Source: an uncultured Chelatococcus sp.
GTDB taxonomy: Bacteria > Pseudomonadota > Alphaproteobacteria > Rhizobiales > Beijerinckiaceae
Direction of reading: 5' to 3'
Assembly: GCA_937863995.1 (NCBI GenBank)
Contig: CALMIK010000009.1
Coordinates: 31,577-95,576 of the forward strand
DNA length: 64,000 bases
Positions 60,755 through 64,000 of the stretch are shown in pieces (positions within the stretch are counted from its first letter, which is position 1; each line of letters opens with the position of its first letter). The notes below the pieces were generated by a model. That model saw nothing but the letters and a program-made list of their open reading frames with translations, did not search any database and had not been told where the DNA came from. The position numbers and the translations under genes are program-made.

Positions 60755-61872
60755 GCGCCGTCGCCGACAGCGGCGCGCCGGCAAAGGCGCCAGCCCCGCT
60801 GCCCGTGCCCTACGGCATGCTGGCGGAACTCACGCATCGCTGTCCGCTGCAATGCCCCTATTGCTCCAACCCGGTGGAGCTGGAACGCCGCACCGGCGAG
60901 CTCGACACCGAAACATGGCTGCGCGTGTTCACTGAGGCGGCGAAGCTCGGCGTGCTCCAGGTTCACCTGTCCGGCGGCGAGCCGACAGCGCGGCGCGATC
61001 TCGAGCAGATGATCGCGCATTGCGTCGAGGTGGGGCTTTACACCAACCTCATCACGGCCGGAGTGGGCGTCACGCCGGAACGCCTGCGGGCGATATCGGA
61101 CGCGGGCGTCGACCACGTCCAGCTCTCCTTCCAGGGAGCGGATGCGCCAACCACCGATCATGTGTCGAATTTCTCAGGCGCGCACGAACGCAAGCTCGCC
61201 GTCGCCCGTGAAGTACGCCGGCTCGGCTTGCCCCTCACCGTCAACGCGGTTGTGCACCGGGCGAACATCCACCAGATCCCGGCCTTCATCGACCTGGCGC
61301 TCGCGCTGGACGCGCGGCGCATCGAGATCGCCCACGCGCAGTATTACGGCTGGGCGCTGCGCAACCGCGGCGCGCTCATGCCGACGCGCGACCAGGTTTT
61401 CGAAGCTCTCGCCACGGTCGAGGAAGCGCGGGAGCGGCTGAAGGGCAGGCTCACCATCGATGCTGTGGTTCCGGACTATTACGCGAAATATCCAAAGCCG
61501 TGCATGAACGGCTGGGGCCGGCAGTCCCTCAACGTCACGCCTTCCGGCAAGGTGTTGCCGTGCCACGCGGCGGAAACCATCCCGAACCTCGACTTCTGGA
61601 ACGTGCGCGACCACGGCCTGGCGGAAATATGGACCGGCTCGCCGGCCTTCCACGCCTATCGCGGCACGCACTGGATGCCGCACCTGTGCCAGACCTGCGA
61701 GCGCCGCGAGATCGACTGGGGCGGCTGCCGCTGCCAGGCGATGGCCATCGCGGGCGATGCGGCGGCCACCGATCCGGCCTGCCATAAATCGCCGCTCCAC
61801 GCGCGCATGCTCGCTCTCGCCGAGACGGACGCCTCTACGGCAAGCGCCTACGACTACCGGCGCTATAGCTGA
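60751..61872 (+). CDS. pqqE: Radical SAM PqqA cyclase
   Basis: Contains [31 protein letters not shown] and GGCRCQA. Confidence 0.95.
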   Translation: MSAVADSGAPAKAPAPLPVPYGMLAELTHRCPLQCPYCSNPVELERRTGELDTETWLRVFTEAAKLGVLQVHLSGGEPTARRDLEQMIAHCVEVGLYTNLITAGVGVTPERLRAISDAGVDHVQLSFQGADAPTTDHVSNFSGAHERKLAVAREVRRLGLPLTVNAVVHRANIHQIPAFIDLALALDARRIEIAHAQYYGWALRNRGALMPTRDQVFEALATVEEARERLKGRLTIDAVVPDYYAKYPKPCMNGWGRQSLNVTPSGKVLPCHAAETIPNLDFWNVRDHGLAEIWTGSPAFHAYRGTHWMPHLCQTCERREIDWGGCRCQAMAIAGDAAATDPACHKSPLHARMLALAETDASTASAYDYRRYS

Positions 61873-61994
61873 GGCGTCCCGCTTCTTGTCGTTGAAAACA
61901 CCGCACGGGGCCGCGCCATGCGAGCGCCCGTTGAGCGAACAATCCGGCAGGGAGTGACGGCCGGACGGATGCCGGCCGCCACCGATGCGGATCG

Positions 61995-64000
61995 TCAGAA
62001 TTTCAGCCCGAGCTTGACGCCGCCGCCATACTCGACGTTGTCCTTGCCGACGCGCGTGAAGCCGTTGACCCCGAAGCTGAAGCTTTCCTGAGAAACGAGA
62101 TCGACACCGGCCTTGAAGTCGAAGCTGGTGCGGTCGATCTCGCTCGTCGTCTTGAACGAGACGCCGGGAGCCGTCGCGAAAGCGGACGATACGGTTCCCT
62201 TCGGGTCGGTCAGGTACTGCGTCAGGCCAACGCTGAAATGCGGGCTGACACGGAAACCGTTGCCTGCGTCGAACCAGCCGCCGAACTCGATGGCGGGCTG
62301 AAGCGAGACGAACGTCTCGTTGCTGCCGTGGACGATGAGGTTCGTCTGCAGGCCGTTGCGCTCGTGCACGGCGCGCGCGCTGACGTAGGTCAGGTTCAGA
62401 TCCGTCTGCGGACGCACGTACCAGTTTCCGAAGCCGAACGTGTGCCCGACCCGCAGCTGGCCGCCGGCGAACCAGACGTCCTGATCGCCGCGCGCCTGCC
62501 GGTAGGGCAGCGTGTTGCGCTTCGTCTCGACATCCGCGTGGCCGCCGCTGATCGAGGCCGCGACGAACGTGTCGCCGAATTGGCGCTTGAGCGAGAGGCC
62601 GGCCTGGAACTGGTCGGCCTTGCTGCTCCAGATGTCGCGGTCGGCCTCGGCCGTCCAGCGCTCGTAGGAGACGCCGAAACCGGCGGCCCAGCCGTCTCCG
62701 AAGGCCTTCTCGCCGGAGACGGAGAACTGCCCGGTGGTGACCTCGTAACCCTGGCCGCTGACGTTGTTCTGCATGCGCCGCGCCTGGGCGCCGACGCGCA
62801 GGCAACCACCGTCGCCGACGATGCTGACATCGCCCGCGCCAGCGATGCGGCAATCGAGCAGGCTGTCGTTGAACCGGTCGCTCGACCGGGCGACGACGGT
62901 CTGCGTCATCGCGTAGGGAACCGGCGTCAGGCGTTCCAGCAGGCGGCTGTAGTCGTGGAGGCTGGCGACCTGCAGCAGCGGCAGGAAGTCCGCGTCGATC
63001 GTGCGCCCGGCATAAACCTGCCTGAGCGCCCCGGCCACCGCGCCCTGGTTGGCCGGCAGCCCCGCGAGCACCTCGGCGCGGGCGAAGTCGATGTCGTAGT
63101 TCAGGCTGAGCTTGTTGCCGAACCGGTGCAGCAGGGCAAACCGGGACACGGGTCCGTTGAGACCGTTGCTGAGCCGGGCCGTGGAGGCGGGATCGAGGCC
63201 GCCGCCGGCCGCGACGATGTCGACGTCGCCGGCACCGACCGTCTGGTTGGCAAGGTCGACGTCGATCTCGCCGTGAACCTCGGCGGTGCCGCTGACCGAC
63301 AGCAGCGGCGCGTCATACGTCTTGCCCGCCTCGACGGCGACCGACAGGACGCCGGTTTCGGTCTGCAGCAGGTTGCCGGTGAGGCTGACCGGACCTTCCG
63401 CGAGCGCTTCCCGCGCGATATTGATGGTGCCGCTGTTGGTGACGGTGCCGCCCGCGCCGACGCTCGACGCGCCGCCAAGGTCCATGACGCCGCCGAACAG
63501 GTTGACGACCTGCGAGGGACCGCTCGCGACAGCCGCTTCCTCGCCGCCAGCTTCAGCCACGCTCAGGACGCTGCTGACCTGGTTGATCTGCTTGCCGTCG
63601 TCTCCCAGATTCCAGAAGCCGCGCAGCGTGCCTGAGTTGATCAGCGTCGTCTGCCCTCCGTTGCGCACGTCGATGATCATGCCGTTCTGGCCCTTCGTCG
63701 ACTCGATCGTGCCGGCGTTGGTGATCACGTTCTGCTTGCCGCCGTCGATGACGATGGCCGGTGCGACGCGCCCGTAGGTCGGCGGCGTTTCCGTCTCGCT
63801 GCTGCGGATATAGGCGCCCTTGGCGATGTCGATGGTGATGTTGCCGGTGTTGCCGCCACTCGAGTAACTCTGGGTATAGATGGCATACGTGTCATATGTT
63901 TTCGGAACGACCTGTCCATCGACGGAGACGCTGACGTTGCCGGAACCGGTGGTGCCGACGCTCTGCGCGAAAATACCGTGCGCGCCCGCCCCATAGGTGT
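61995..64000 (-). CDS. Autotransporter outer-membrane protein (5' part lies beyond the window)
   Basis: The frame stays open from 63728 to the window end (TYGAGAHGIFAQSV...). The beta-barrel ends GVKLGLKF. Confidence 0.85.
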   Translation of the reverse strand, partial: TYGAGAHGIFAQSVGTTGSGNVSVSVDGQVVPKTYDTYAIYTQSYSSGGNTGNITIDIAKGAYIRSSETETPPTYGRVAPAIVIDGGKQNVITNAGTIESTKGQNGMIIDVRNGGQTTLINSGTLRGFWNLGDDGKQINQVSSVLSVAEAGGEEAAVASGPSQVVNLFGGVMDLGGASSVGAGGTVTNSGTINIAREALAEGPVSLTGNLLQTETGVLSVAVEAGKTYDAPLLSVSGTAEVHGEIDVDLANQTVGAGDVDIVAAGGGLDPASTARLSNGLNGPVSRFALLHRFGNKLSLNYDIDFARAEVLAGLPANQGAVAGALRQVYAGRTIDADFLPLLQVASLHDYSRLLERLTPVPYAMTQTVVARSSDRFNDSLLDCRIAGAGDVSIVGDGGCLRVGAQARRMQNNVSGQGYEVTTGQFSVSGEKAFGDGWAAGFGVSYERWTAEADRDIWSSKADQFQAGLSLKRQFGDTFVAASISGGHADVETKRNTLPYRQARGDQDVWFAGGQLRVGHTFGFGNWYVRPQTDLNLTYVSARAVHERNGLQTNLIVHGSNETFVSLQPAIEFGGWFDAGNGFRVSPHFSVGLTQYLTDPKGTVSSAFATAPGVSFKTTSEIDRTSFDFKAGVDLVSQESFSFGVNGFTRVGKDNVEYGGGVKLGLKF

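Overview
This is a high-GC alphaproteobacterial (Hyphomicrobiales-like) segment that is almost entirely coding. I saw no rRNA, tRNA, CRISPR array, transposase or integrase. The 0-14 kb region holds small regulator/enzyme pairs, a frameshifted trans-sulfuration PLP enzyme, a PAP2 acid-phosphatase autotransporter with a candidate Pho box next to a livF-like gene remnant, and a hydrolase/flavin reductase/M14/LLM/GST run. The 14-30 kb region is an uncharacterised amine catabolic cluster: LysR, lhgO, class III aminotransferase, two ALDHs, a Dpp-type ABC transporter, a ThDP enzyme, an HDAC-fold amidohydrolase and GntR. The 30-40 kb region has an inositol monophosphatase/LacI/ABC operon divergent from a Pot-like ABC operon. 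The 40-62 kb region is a self-contained PQQ alcohol oxidation island. Its dehydrogenase carries the lanthanide-type WDFDG motif (PedH/ExaF type). It also encodes cytochrome c550, a Lut/Ped-like ABC system with a small acidic periplasmic protein, a split PqqT-like ABC system, a NosR-like FMN/4Fe-4S protein with ApbE, a FIST/hybrid kinase/LuxR system, pseudoazurin and pqqABCDE (pqqA is missing from the ORF track). A palindromic motif, (TAC)GACC-WW-GGTC, recurs at four intergenic regions of the island and probably marks its regulon. The window ends inside a second autotransporter. Family assignments come from recalled motifs, not database searches.
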